A DNA stretch of 31,086 nt, taken from positions 1-31,086 of the forward strand of contig JBFZCA010000003.1 in NCBI GenBank assembly GCA_041308205.1, written 5' to 3'. Source of the stretch: Planctomycetota bacterium (GTDB taxonomy: Bacteria > Planctomycetota > UBA8108 > UBA8890 > UBA8898). Positions 17,281 to 27,073 of this stretch are shown piece after piece (the first letter of the stretch is position 1; each line of letters begins with the position of its first letter). The notes beneath the pieces were generated by a model that saw only the letters and a list, made by a program, of their open reading frames with translations, did no database searches and was not told the origin of the DNA. Both the position numbers and the translations under genes were made by a program.

Positions 17281-20200
17281 ATGCGCATCTTCCCCTCGCC
17301 AGCACCGTTCCTTCTCTTCGTGCTTCTGGCACTCATCACGGCGTTGCAGGCTTGGGGGGCCGAACCTCAAAGCCGTTCCGTCGCCGAGTGGGCGGCGGAG
17401 TTGCGGGCGCCGAATCCGAAAGTCCGCTCGAATGCGGCGACGGCGATAGGGCGCATGGGGCCTGCCGCGGCGCAGGCGGTCCCCGACCTGGCCGCTGCCC
17501 TCGGTGACGCCGATACGGAGGTCCAGGCGAATGCCGCGTGGGCGCTGGCGCAGATGGGCAAGGAGGCCAAGTCCGCGGTTCCCGCCCTGGAGAAGGCTCT
17601 GGGAGACGCCAACTGGCAGGTGCGGGGCCGGGCGGCGGTGGCGCTCGGAGCGCTGGGAACGGAAGCCGGCGCCGCTCGAGAGGCGCTCCGGCGAGCGCTC
17701 AATGACGGCAATGCAAACGTTCGGGCTGCCGCGGCCGGCGCGCTCTGGTCGGTCACCGGCGACGCGACCGAGCCGCTTCCCGCCCTGAAAGGGCTGCTCT
17801 CGAATCCGGACGCGCATACTCGCAGACAGGCCGCTCAGGCGCTCGCCAGAGTGGGCCCGCCTGCCGCCGTTCTCGCGCCCCAGTTGATTGCCAAGCTGGA
17901 CGACTCCGACTCCGGCGTTCGCCTGGCCGCTGCCAGGGCGCTGATGCCGGTCGGCCGGGAGAACGCGGCCGTGCGGGACGCGCTCGAGAAGCGCTTGGCC
18001 GTGGAGAGGGAACCGGTGGTGCGCGAGGCGATGGCCTCGACGCTCGATCAGCTTCGGAAGGAGCCGGCCTCCGGGCCGGCGGGGCGGCACGCGGAACCGC
18101 GCGAGGCGACGGGCGTCGGCCCCGCCGCCGGAAAAGAAGAGGCCGCCGGCGCTCCTGAGCCTGCCGCCGCGACGGCCGGCGCACCTGCGGAGCCAACCGC
18201 GAAGGCCGGGCAGCCCTCCGGCGGCGGCGCGCCGGGCGCCGAGCCCGCCGGCGCAAGCCCGCCTCGATCGGCCGATGCCGAAGGCGGGGCGGAGGCGCGT
18301 CCTGCGGCAAAGGCGCCCGCGGCTCCACGACAGCGACCGCCCGAGCCGGCGTACGAAGGCAGAACCCTCACCGAGTGGATTGTCCGGCTGGACGGCAAGG
18401 ATGTCGGCGAGCGTCGCTTGGCGTGCGTGGCGCTGGGGGAGATCGGCCCTCCGGCCCGGCCGGCCGTCGGACCGCTCAACCGATTGCGCCTCTATGATAC
18501 GCACGACATGGTGCGGCACCAGGCCGCCTATGCCCTGGCGAGGATACTCGGCGTGGCGTTGGGAGACATGCTGCCCAGACCGCCTGCGCCGGCCAAAGGC
18601 GCCGGCGAGAGCGCGGGACCTCCCCCGGAAGGCCGGATCTTCTACCTGTTCGGAGTGCACTCCGTCTCGGAGAAGGGGGTGGAACCGCGCCCCGATCTGA
18701 CGCGCAGAGACACCACCTACAGGCAGTTCCTGTTCGGCTTCACCAACGGGGCGCTCAACTACCTCGATCTTGCGGAAGCCCACAAGTACCGGGAGGACGC
18801 GCGCACGCGCGGCCTGAACGTCGCTCTACCGCTTCCCGAACTGCTCAAGTCGGAGCCGGAGGCGGAGCGGGACCGGATTCGCAAGGAGTACACGTTCTTC
18901 TACAAGTACAAGAAGGATTATATCGTCCGCATCACCTGCAACCGGCAGACCCGTTACGCCTACTACCGCTGGATCGGAGACGAGTACGACTCGTACGGGA
19001 GCGGATCGCACTGGGCCATGACGCCGGGCAGGTATGTCGCCGAGATCACGGTCTGGGTGCGCGACGGTTTCCGCCTGGACTACGAGGCTCCCTTCACCTG
19101 CACGTCCGACGTCTACACCGCCGGCGGAGATCACCTGCAGGCGGCCAAGGCTCACGGCCCGCAGGATCTCGCCGGGGAAGAGCGTGAATACGAGGCCTCC
19201 ATCACGCCGGGAAACACCGACTACAGCCGCCGGATGTTCCCGGGAAGGAAAGCAGGAGCGACCAAGAGGATCGGCGAGAGGATCGCCGGATTGCTCTCGA
19301 AGCTCGCCAATTGCCAGCCGATGATGCCCGACGAGATCTTGCCGTACATCCGCGAATCGCTTGTCTTCTACGACAAGGCCGCGCGCATCGACCCCGCGGC
19401 GCACAAAACCAGGGCCGGTGACCTGAGCATGCTCGTCGATGTGTGCGCCATGGCGGCCTCGCGCGATACGTACGCCATGGCCATCCGGCTCATCGGCATG
19501 CTGGAGAAGGTGATGGCCGACCCGGAGTCGAAGAGCTCCCAGGCGGAGCTGCGAAACGCCCACCATGATCGGGCGGTCTGTTACATGAAACTCGCGGATC
19601 TGGCGTTGACCTATCAGATGGACATTCCCGCCTCCCTCCGGTTCCGGATCGAGGCGTTGCGATACAAGGAGCTGGCCGACGGGACCTTCGGCGACGTGCT
19701 GCGCTCGATGGATGTCGAGAAGAAGATGACCGAGTGGCCGCAGCCGGACTGGTGGAATCCGGCCTGGGACGAGCGGCAGCCGCCGGTCCCCGCGGAGCTG
19801 ACCGAGGAAGGGGAGGGCAAGGGGGAAGAGGCGGCTGAACCGCGGGAGAACGCGGAGCAGGAAGTTGCGGTTGTGAACGCGCAAGAGCTCGAGGAAGCCG
19901 TCGCCGAGGTGGACGAGGAGCGCGCCGAACAGGTGTCGTGGCTCATTCAATTGCGGGGGCAGATGACCAGCGCCAACGCGGAGCTGGGCGCGGCTCTCGC
20001 CAAGCTGGTCGCTCTCCACCGCGCGCTGCTCGCGGTCGAGCAGAAGATGAGCTACTTCGGGAAGCTGCTGGGCGAGGCCTCGGCGCGTCCCGACGATGCA
20101 GACTGGTTCGAGGAGCAGATCTTCAACGCCATCAGGAACAGCGAGGCGATCCGGGACGATCTGGCGGGGCAGGCGCGCGGCGGCGCGGAGGCGATGCGGG

Positions 20201-23200
20201 CGGTCCTGAAGAAGATCGTGGACGATCTGTCGAAACGGCAGGCCGAGCTCGAGGGGGAACGCACCGCGATCATTCAGGACGCGATGCTGAACTACGCGAG
20301 CATCGCCCAATCGCTGGAGAAGCGAGGCCCGCAGTGCTCGGAGCCCGCGATGCGGGAGGTCGCGGAGAACACGCTGCACAGCGTGCGCACGATCATGGCG
20401 CTGCGCAAGGCGGAGCTCTACACGGCGGCCGGCATGGGCGACGAGTTCCGGGTGGCGGCGCGCGAATGCATCGAGGCGGGCGGCGAAGCCTTCGACTATC
20501 AGGTCCGCCTCATGGAATCGGCGCACATGGAGTCGCAGGGGAAGCTGAGCCTGGCCCTGAAAGCGGCCAGGCTCGCGCTGGACGCGCGAAAGGAATCCGC
20601 CGAACCGCCCCGCAAGAAGCTCGCGGATGGAACGGAAGTGCGCGTGCCGACGCCGGCGCAGGCGCTCGTCAAGCGGCTGGAGCTGGACGCGCTGGAGGCG
20701 ATCACGGCCAAGACCGCCCGGGACTCGACCATGGTCCGCAAGATGTGCGAGCAGCAGATCGGCGTGCACGGCGATCGCGGGGTCACGGGGTTCGCCTACG
20801 ACGTGCTCTTCATGGGGCGGTTCATCAGCGCCGTGGGCGACAACAATCTCGTCGACTCCTTCCACAGTTGGATCACCGGCCCGGCGGGGCGGCCTTTCTG
20901 GGGCACTCCGATCGAGAAGGAGGAGACGCTGGCCGGCAAGCCGGAAAGCCAGTCGCGCGAGATGGGCTTCGTTCTGGACGACGCCACGCGCACCACGTTG
21001 GGATTGAACATGATCCGCAAGCTGCGCGAGCACGATGTCCCGTTCTCGAAGATCGGAAGCATGAGCGCGGCGGAGTTCCGCCGCGTGGTGGCAGAGACCC
21101 TGGGCCGGGAGCCGCTGGGAGAACGGTGGAAGAGTCTGACGGACGCGCAGGTTTCCACGATGCGTTCGGAGCTCCATTTCGCAATGCAGCAAGCCGACGT
21201 GGAGCGGTTGATGGAGGGCAAGTCCCAGGTCCTCGATCTGGAAAGCGGCAAGAGCTACTACGATACCGAATCGTTCACCGGCAACTGGCGCGACGCCGTG
21301 GAGGACCAGGTGAACGTCGCCAACCTGCTCCTGTTTGCGCTGCCCAACGCCCAGGTGGCGCGGGCGGGCCGTCAGGTGGGCCTGCTCAAGTGGGCCGGCC
21401 CTGCGGCGGGGGGAGGCGAGTCCGTCGCGCTCAAGCAGGCCTTCTCCGAGGCCATCGGCGTGGGTCGCGGCCTGAAGTGGATCAGCGAGCACAAGCTCGG
21501 GGGCCGGATCGTGGCCGATCTGGTGGACACCCACTCCCGCATGTCATGGTTCGGCCAGGCCATGACGGATTCCATGATCCAGAGCGACGTGACGCAGATG
21601 GCGAGATACGGAACCGAATATGTGGTGGGCCGGCTCGGGTACGACGAGGTGACGCAGGAGAAGGCGGGACGCGTGGCGGAGGTTCTGACCCAGATCGGCA
21701 CATCGTTCGCAGGGGACTTGGACGTCACGGTCGGAATCGCCCGGGACGTCCTCAATCCTGCGCAGGCCCGCGTCATCGGGGAGTCCCTCGCCGGAGCGCT
21801 CAAGAGCGCCGACGAAATGGCGGAGATCGCGGAGTCGCACCAGCGCATCCTGCGGAAAGCGCTGGCGGAAACGGACGGCGGGCGGATCACGCCCGAGAAT
21901 CAACGCCTGGTGAAGGCCGCGGCCGAAGGGCTCGAGGAGCAGATGGACTCGCTGCGCAAGGCTCTGCCCGAGGCCGGCAGCGCGCACCCCATCGTCAACG
22001 AGCACTATGACCGGCTTCAGGCGCTCTTCGATGGGCTTCAGGGCGCGGCGGACGGAATGGCGTCGGATGCGAAGCGGTTCAGCGCCTTTGCGGAGGATCT
22101 GGCCGAGAGACTCGCCGAGAGTCGGACCTCGCTCGTCAGGCAGATCAGCGTCGTTCAAGGAGCGGGCAAGCCCCTGGCCACGAAGCAGGACCTGGCCGGG
22201 AGGCCCCTCTTCAACGACGATGTGGACTTCCGCACGCCGTCCGCCCTGCCCATCGCGGACGAGCTTGCGCAGAAGGGGCAGTACACGCAGGCCTCCAAGC
22301 TCTATGAGGCCGGGTACTACGTGTACGACGAGCTGGGGATGTCGAACAACCCGGCGGCGCAGATTCTGGCGAAACGATGGCGCCTCGCAAAGCAACTGGA
22401 CCAGGCGCAGGACTTCTTCGCCCGGATGAGAGCCAATCCCGATCCGAACCTCGCCATGGCGCGGCCGATCAGCGAGGCGGAGCTCGAGAACATGCGGAAG
22501 TCGCCGGATTTCCGGCTTGTGCCCATCGGCAAGGGGGCCTCGACTCCCTACTGGGTGGAGATCGCGGGCACGCGCGCCGGCGTCTTCAAACCGGCGCGCG
22601 CGGACTTCCCGTTCGGGCGGGAGGCCGAGAGGATTGGCGCGAACTTCGCGAAGGAGCTCGACATTCCCGCGGCCGCCGCCGCCCGAACGACCATGCCTCT
22701 GGAGCAGGACATGCAGGGCGCATTCGCGAGATACTTCGAGGCGGCTGAAGCGCAGGGCCTGGAATGGCGCAGGACCGTGGACGACCTGTTGCAGCTCAAG
22801 TCGAAGGGGAAGCTGGAATTCGTACCCGTGGGCGCCGAAGCGCCCGACACTTTCTGGGCGGTGTCGGAGGGCAGGCGCGTCGGCCTCTTCACGCCGGAAT
22901 ACGCCCGGTTGCCGCAGGGCACGAGCGCCCAGGATCTGTTCGAGCGCATCGCCAAGGCGAGCGGGGGTGAAGTCCTCGAGACGGTGCCGACGACAATGCG
23001 CATGAAGGAGGCGGACGGCGTCTTCGTGCGGTTCATCGAGGGGCAGGACCTCATCAATTTCACGGACGCGGAGCGGATCGTGCTGAAGCGCGAGGTCGCC
23101 AAGGACTGGGTGTTGAGACTGCTCATCGGCGACTATGACGCGCATGCGCTCAATTTCAAAGTGGCGCCGAACGCAGAGGTCATCCCGCTGGATCGCAACC

Positions 23201-23652
23201 TGGCCGACATTCTGGAGATACGCGAAGGGATGCTGCAAAGGGTCCTGGGCACGTCGGCCCTTTCGACCAACCCACCGGAGATGCAGATCGAGATCGAGAA
23301 GCTGATGCGCGCCCGGTTGCAGATCCTGTGCGGCCGGGTGGGCGGGAACAACCGCCACTATCAATGCATGGGCCGCATCGCGGAGCAGATGACGTACGAG
23401 GATTTCAAGGGTGCGGTGGAGAAGGTGCAGAAATGGGATCGTGATTTCCTGCGGAAACAGGTGGGTGACGCCATGGGCGGTGATACCGAGCGGGCGCTGG
23501 ACGTCCTGGAAGCGAGAGTGCGTTGCATGAAGAAGGTGCTGGAAGCGCTTCCGGAGGTCATGACGGAACCGGTGACGTCGTTCCTGCCCCGCTGCATCAG
23601 ATGGCCGGTGGCGTTGCGGTCGCCGGAGGAGGTGCGCCTGCTGGCGGCATAG
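17281..23652 (+). CDS. 2123-aa secreted protein: signal peptide, HEAT repeats, Pro/Ala linker, helical/coiled-coil core, C-terminal PI3/PI4K- or HipA-like kinase domain
   Basis: Hydrophobic signal ending in ALQAWG; VRxxAAxALG HEAT units; GVFKP (K1770), RE/AE, LLIGDYDAHALNF (D1953, H1955, N1958) and IPLDRNLA (D1971). Confidence 0.8.
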   Translation: MRIFPSPAPFLLFVLLALITALQAWGAEPQSRSVAEWAAELRAPNPKVRSNAATAIGRMGPAAAQAVPDLAAALGDADTEVQANAAWALAQMGKEAKSAVPALEKALGDANWQVRGRAAVALGALGTEAGAAREALRRALNDGNANVRAAAAGALWSVTGDATEPLPALKGLLSNPDAHTRRQAAQALARVGPPAAVLAPQLIAKLDDSDSGVRLAAARALMPVGRENAAVRDALEKRLAVEREPVVREAMASTLDQLRKEPASGPAGRHAEPREATGVGPAAGKEEAAGAPEPAAATAGAPAEPTAKAGQPSGGGAPGAEPAGASPPRSADAEGGAEARPAAKAPAAPRQRPPEPAYEGRTLTEWIVRLDGKDVGERRLACVALGEIGPPARPAVGPLNRLRLYDTHDMVRHQAAYALARILGVALGDMLPRPPAPAKGAGESAGPPPEGRIFYLFGVHSVSEKGVEPRPDLTRRDTTYRQFLFGFTNGALNYLDLAEAHKYREDARTRGLNVALPLPELLKSEPEAERDRIRKEYTFFYKYKKDYIVRITCNRQTRYAYYRWIGDEYDSYGSGSHWAMTPGRYVAEITVWVRDGFRLDYEAPFTCTSDVYTAGGDHLQAAKAHGPQDLAGEEREYEASITPGNTDYSRRMFPGRKAGATKRIGERIAGLLSKLANCQPMMPDEILPYIRESLVFYDKAARIDPAAHKTRAGDLSMLVDVCAMAASRDTYAMAIRLIGMLEKVMADPESKSSQAELRNAHHDRAVCYMKLADLALTYQMDIPASLRFRIEALRYKELADGTFGDVLRSMDVEKKMTEWPQPDWWNPAWDERQPPVPAELTEEGEGKGEEAAEPRENAEQEVAVVNAQELEEAVAEVDEERAEQVSWLIQLRGQMTSANAELGAALAKLVALHRALLAVEQKMSYFGKLLGEASARPDDADWFEEQIFNAIRNSEAIRDDLAGQARGGAEAMRAVLKKIVDDLSKRQAELEGERTAIIQDAMLNYASIAQSLEKRGPQCSEPAMREVAENTLHSVRTIMALRKAELYTAAGMGDEFRVAARECIEAGGEAFDYQVRLMESAHMESQGKLSLALKAARLALDARKESAEPPRKKLADGTEVRVPTPAQALVKRLELDALEAITAKTARDSTMVRKMCEQQIGVHGDRGVTGFAYDVLFMGRFISAVGDNNLVDSFHSWITGPAGRPFWGTPIEKEETLAGKPESQSREMGFVLDDATRTTLGLNMIRKLREHDVPFSKIGSMSAAEFRRVVAETLGREPLGERWKSLTDAQVSTMRSELHFAMQQADVERLMEGKSQVLDLESGKSYYDTESFTGNWRDAVEDQVNVANLLLFALPNAQVARAGRQVGLLKWAGPAAGGGESVALKQAFSEAIGVGRGLKWISEHKLGGRIVADLVDTHSRMSWFGQAMTDSMIQSDVTQMARYGTEYVVGRLGYDEVTQEKAGRVAEVLTQIGTSFAGDLDVTVGIARDVLNPAQARVIGESLAGALKSADEMAEIAESHQRILRKALAETDGGRITPENQRLVKAAAEGLEEQMDSLRKALPEAGSAHPIVNEHYDRLQALFDGLQGAADGMASDAKRFSAFAEDLAERLAESRTSLVRQISVVQGAGKPLATKQDLAGRPLFNDDVDFRTPSALPIADELAQKGQYTQASKLYEAGYYVYDELGMSNNPAAQILAKRWRLAKQLDQAQDFFARMRANPDPNLAMARPISEAELENMRKSPDFRLVPIGKGASTPYWVEIAGTRAGVFKPARADFPFGREAERIGANFAKELDIPAAAAARTTMPLEQDMQGAFARYFEAAEAQGLEWRRTVDDLLQLKSKGKLEFVPVGAEAPDTFWAVSEGRRVGLFTPEYARLPQGTSAQDLFERIAKASGGEVLETVPTTMRMKEADGVFVRFIEGQDLINFTDAERIVLKREVAKDWVLRLLIGDYDAHALNFKVAPNAEVIPLDRNLADILEIREGMLQRVLGTSALSTNPPEMQIEIEKLMRARLQILCGRVGGNNRHYQCMGRIAEQMTYEDFKGAVEKVQKWDRDFLRKQVGDAMGGDTERALDVLEARVRCMKKVLEALPEVMTEPVTSFLPRCIRWPVALRSPEEVRLLAA

Positions 23653-23653
23653 G

Positions 23654-23761
23654 GGGACGCGCGCGGCGCGCCCCTCCGCGTCCTCCGCAGGGACTGAGCG
23701 CGGCGCGCCGCCTCAGCAGCCGGGAAGCCGATCCTTCGTGAACTCGAATCCCGCCTCGGGG
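23654..23761. repeat. 108-bp direct repeat, right copy
   Basis: Contains an orphan copy of the last 14 mvhA codons and the true 3' end of the ELWxxDGT gene. Confidence 0.97.
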
Positions 23762-26700
23762 TGCGGAGGCCGCGGGGGAGGCCCGTTGACGAAGAGGAAG
23801 CTCAGGAGCCAGATCGGATCGGCGATGTCCACGGCGCCGTCGTCGTTGACGTCGAGCGCGTCGGCGCAGGCGGCCGTTGTGGTCTGGCCGGCGAACAGGT
23901 GGTTCAGGATGCTGATCGGATCGGCGATGTCGATCGCGCCGTCCTCGTTCACGTTGCCGCGCACGAACACGCTTTCGCTGTCCGGCAGCGGCACCGCCCA
24001 GAGGCGCGGCGGGCCGCCGGCGCTCTCGCTCACCCAGTAGTAGAGGAGGTCGCCGACCATGATCGGCTCGGAGCGGGGCTTGTTCATGAACTCGCAGAAG
24101 CTCGAGGCCACGGCGGGATCGGTGTCGTGGGCGACGTACATGCCGCCGCGCGTCCGCGAGCTCTGGAAAAGCCCGAGCGGCTTGGTCAGGAACGCGCGCC
24201 TTTCGGCCCCGAAAAGATCCGGAGCCCCGTAGCCGCTCGCAGGCGGCGCATACACGAGGCTCTCCGTATCCTCCGCCGCGCCGTCCGCCATCCAGACGTC
24301 GCCCTGGATTCCGGAGGCGCCGTCCGTGCTCACGAAGTAGAAGCGGCCGCCGCCGAGGACTCCCCGCATCACCGACTTGGCGCTCACGCGCATCGTGCCT
24401 TCCGCCGTGCCGTCCGTGACCCAGGGATGGATGCCGACCTCGAAGAAGCAGCGCCCTTCCGCGGCGCCGTAGAGACGGGGCCCGAGCTGGAACACGCCGA
24501 GATCGCGCACGAAGCGCGCGCCTCCGCACGTTCCGTCGAGACTCCAGAGCGCGTCGCCGTCGATCCCGGCGCGCTCGCCGATGCACAGCAGGCGGTCGTT
24601 CAGCACGACGAACGGCTTGGGGCAGGACGCCAGCTCCTCGAGACCGTCGCTGCAGACGCGGCGGGTTCCATCGACGGTGCCATCCGTCTGCCACAGGCAG
24701 CCGGAGGGGGACGCATCTCCGACGCCCGCCCAGAAGAAGAGGAGATCCCCGAGCCGCACCCACACCTGCGGCCAGGAGGAATCCGCGCCCTCCGCCAGGT
24801 CGAGGAACAGACGCGTGCCCTCGACCGTGCCGTCGGTCACCCACAGCTCCGTGCCGTGAACGCCGTCGTTGCCCGAGAAGTAGAAGCGGCCGTTCAGTTC
24901 CATGCCGTGCCACAGGGAGACGAACGGCGTCGCCGGCGTGAAGGTCCGTAGGAGCCGCGTTCCCGCGGCCGTGCCATCGGTGATCCAGAGCTCGTTGCGC
25001 GCCGATGCGATGTCGGGGAGGAAGAGCTCGAGGTCGCCAAGCGTGCCGAAGCGCGTGATCGCCGCGCTGCCCGGCGCCGCGGGTCTGTCCGCGAGAAGCG
25101 CGGCGTCCCCGTCCGTCCCGTCGCTCGCCCACAGCTCCTCGCCGTGCTCGCCGTCGTCGGCGCTGAAGAGCACTCGCGTCCCGCACGGTCGCAACGCGGC
25201 GGGCATCGAGCCCTCGGCGCCCGGGCGGATGTCCGCGCAGAGGCGCGTGCCGGTCGCCGTGCCGTCGGTCACGTACGGCTCGCTTCCGGTTTCGTCCGCG
25301 TACGCGCGGAAGAAGAGCCGTCCGTCGGGCGCCGCGCACCATTCGGGGTTCTCGACCGGCGTGGCGTCGAGATCCGCGAGGATCGCCGTCCCCTCCGCGG
25401 TGCCGTCGCTCGTCCACGGCTCGCTGCCGTGGACGCCGTCGTCGGCCCACACGACGACGCCGTTGCGCCCCTCGCGAAAGTCCCGCGCGGACGATCCTCC
25501 CGACCCGGGGCGTACGTCGCGGACGAGCCGCGTTCCCGCCGCCGTGCCATCGGTCGTCCACGGCTCGGCGCCGTGTGCCGCATCCTCCGCGACGAAGACC
25601 AGAAAGCCCGGCGCTCCGAACGACGCGCAGGTCGTCCCCGGGCGTGTCGAGAAGAGCGCGAGATCGGCGATCATGCGAAGCCCCGCGGGAGTCCCATCGG
25701 TCGCCCACAGCTCCGTTCTGTCCGGGACGGCTCGAACGGCAAGGACGAGCTCGCCGGCCAGCGTGCCCAGGACGCAGGGAGAGGAGCCCTCGCCGCCCGC
25801 GCGGAAATCGCGCAGAAGGAACGTCTGCTCGGGCGTGCCATCGGTCGCCCACGGCTCGCGCCCGCTCGCGCCGTCATCGGCGAAAAACACGGCGCTCGCG
25901 CCGGCGGTTGCGAAATCGGCGGGCATGGAGCCGTATGTGCCGGGCTTGACATCGGCGAGCATCACCGTGCCCTCGGGCGTGCCGTCGCTCACCCAGGGCT
26001 CCAGGCCGTGTGTCGCGTCCCAGCCGTTGAAAACCAGCCGATCCCCGACCGCGGCATGCTCGCGCATCACGGCGGTGCACGGGGAGGTGTCGGACGGCGT
26101 GGGCAGGAACTCCCGCACGAGACGCGTGCCGTCGGCCGTGCCGTCGGTCACCCAGAGGCCGATGCCGGCGCAGAAGGGCGCGACCGCCCCGGGCACGAAG
26201 AGCATGCGTCCCGGGGCCGCGATCGCCGCGCGCTCCTCGTCGATCGCCGTGATGTCGTCGCGCAGGCGGCGCGTGCCCTCGGGCGTGCCGTCGGTCGCCC
26301 ACAGCCCTCCGGCCACGAACACGACCCGGTCGCCGAGATCGAACATGGGGCCGAACGGCGAGCCCACCGCGGCCAGCATGCGCGTGCCGTCCGGCGAGCC
26401 ATCGCTCGACCACAGCTCCCGTGTGCCGTCGGCGGCCTGGCTGAAGAAGAACAGGCGTCCCGGCGCGGCGAGGAGCGGAGAGGAGTACACGCCTTCCTTG
26501 AGCGTGACGGCGCCTTCCTCGGTCCAGTCCGTGAGGAGGAGGTCGCCGAAGTCGGTCACGACCGCCGTGCGGTCACCGAACGGCACGGCCGCCGCGGGAT
26601 ACGAGACGGGGTACAACTGGAGCTCCCTCGTGCCGCCGGCCGTGCCATCGGTGAGGAAGAACCTGCCCGAAGCGGCCAGGAACACGTCGCCCGCGGTTGT

Positions 26701-26877
26701 CGTCACGGCCAGGGAGAGGTTCGATGACCCGGTGTTCCCCTCGAGGACATCGCTTACCTGGTAGGGAGTCGCGGCGCCGGCGAGGGCTCCGGCGGCCAGG
26801 AGAGCACACACGCGCGCGCAGGCGATCCCGCGTGTCCGGACCCGATTGCTGCGAGTGGCTTGGCAATGGTCTTGCAT
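23713..26877 (-). CDS. ELWxxDGT-repeat secreted protein with C-terminal dockerin-type-I-like domain
   Basis: About 17 (E)(L/P)WxxDGTxxGT repeats. Tail VRGNVNEDGAIDIADP...DVNDDGAVDIADP. Start chosen at ATG 26877 (GGAGG 5 nt upstream); ATG 26889 is an alternative. Confidence 0.88.
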   Translation of the reverse strand: MQDHCQATRSNRVRTRGIACARVCALLAAGALAGAATPYQVSDVLEGNTGSSNLSLAVTTTAGDVFLAASGRFFLTDGTAGGTRELQLYPVSYPAAAVPFGDRTAVVTDFGDLLLTDWTEEGAVTLKEGVYSSPLLAAPGRLFFFSQAADGTRELWSSDGSPDGTRMLAAVGSPFGPMFDLGDRVVFVAGGLWATDGTPEGTRRLRDDITAIDEERAAIAAPGRMLFVPGAVAPFCAGIGLWVTDGTADGTRLVREFLPTPSDTSPCTAVMREHAAVGDRLVFNGWDATHGLEPWVSDGTPEGTVMLADVKPGTYGSMPADFATAGASAVFFADDGASGREPWATDGTPEQTFLLRDFRAGGEGSSPCVLGTLAGELVLAVRAVPDRTELWATDGTPAGLRMIADLALFSTRPGTTCASFGAPGFLVFVAEDAAHGAEPWTTDGTAAGTRLVRDVRPGSGGSSARDFREGRNGVVVWADDGVHGSEPWTSDGTAEGTAILADLDATPVENPEWCAAPDGRLFFRAYADETGSEPYVTDGTATGTRLCADIRPGAEGSMPAALRPCGTRVLFSADDGEHGEELWASDGTDGDAALLADRPAAPGSAAITRFGTLGDLELFLPDIASARNELWITDGTAAGTRLLRTFTPATPFVSLWHGMELNGRFYFSGNDGVHGTELWVTDGTVEGTRLFLDLAEGADSSWPQVWVRLGDLLFFWAGVGDASPSGCLWQTDGTVDGTRRVCSDGLEELASCPKPFVVLNDRLLCIGERAGIDGDALWSLDGTCGGARFVRDLGVFQLGPRLYGAAEGRCFFEVGIHPWVTDGTAEGTMRVSAKSVMRGVLGGGRFYFVSTDGASGIQGDVWMADGAAEDTESLVYAPPASGYGAPDLFGAERRAFLTKPLGLFQSSRTRGGMYVAHDTDPAVASSFCEFMNKPRSEPIMVGDLLYYWVSESAGGPPRLWAVPLPDSESVFVRGNVNEDGAIDIADPISILNHLFAGQTTTAACADALDVNDDGAVDIADPIWLLSFLFVNGPPPRPPHPEAGFEFTKDRLPGC

Positions 26878-27073
26878 CAGCGCCTCCATTCCTGATCGAC
26901 CGGCTCGATACGTTCCATTGTAGGCGGGGCGTGAATGAAAGACAAGCAAGAAACTGCGGGCGCACGCGCCGGCGCCGCGCGGAGCCGCCGCCGCGGACGG
27001 CGCTTTCTCGAGGGTTCCGCTGCCGCTATACTGAAAGGCGAGGTTGCCCGTCCCCGGCGGAAAGGCATGCACG

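Larger units (their letters stand above)
16992..23653. mobile_element. Putative 6.66-kb single-gene insert between the direct repeats (no integrase or transposase inside)
   Basis: Removing one repeat plus this segment restores a simple convergent mvhA / ELWxxDGT junction. Confidence 0.6.

Noticed and set aside
23900-26700. Periodic GCCGTC/GACGGC-rich repeats as a CRISPR-like array
   Set aside because: They are the coding ELWxxDGT repeats, degenerate at third codon positions, and no cas genes are nearby.
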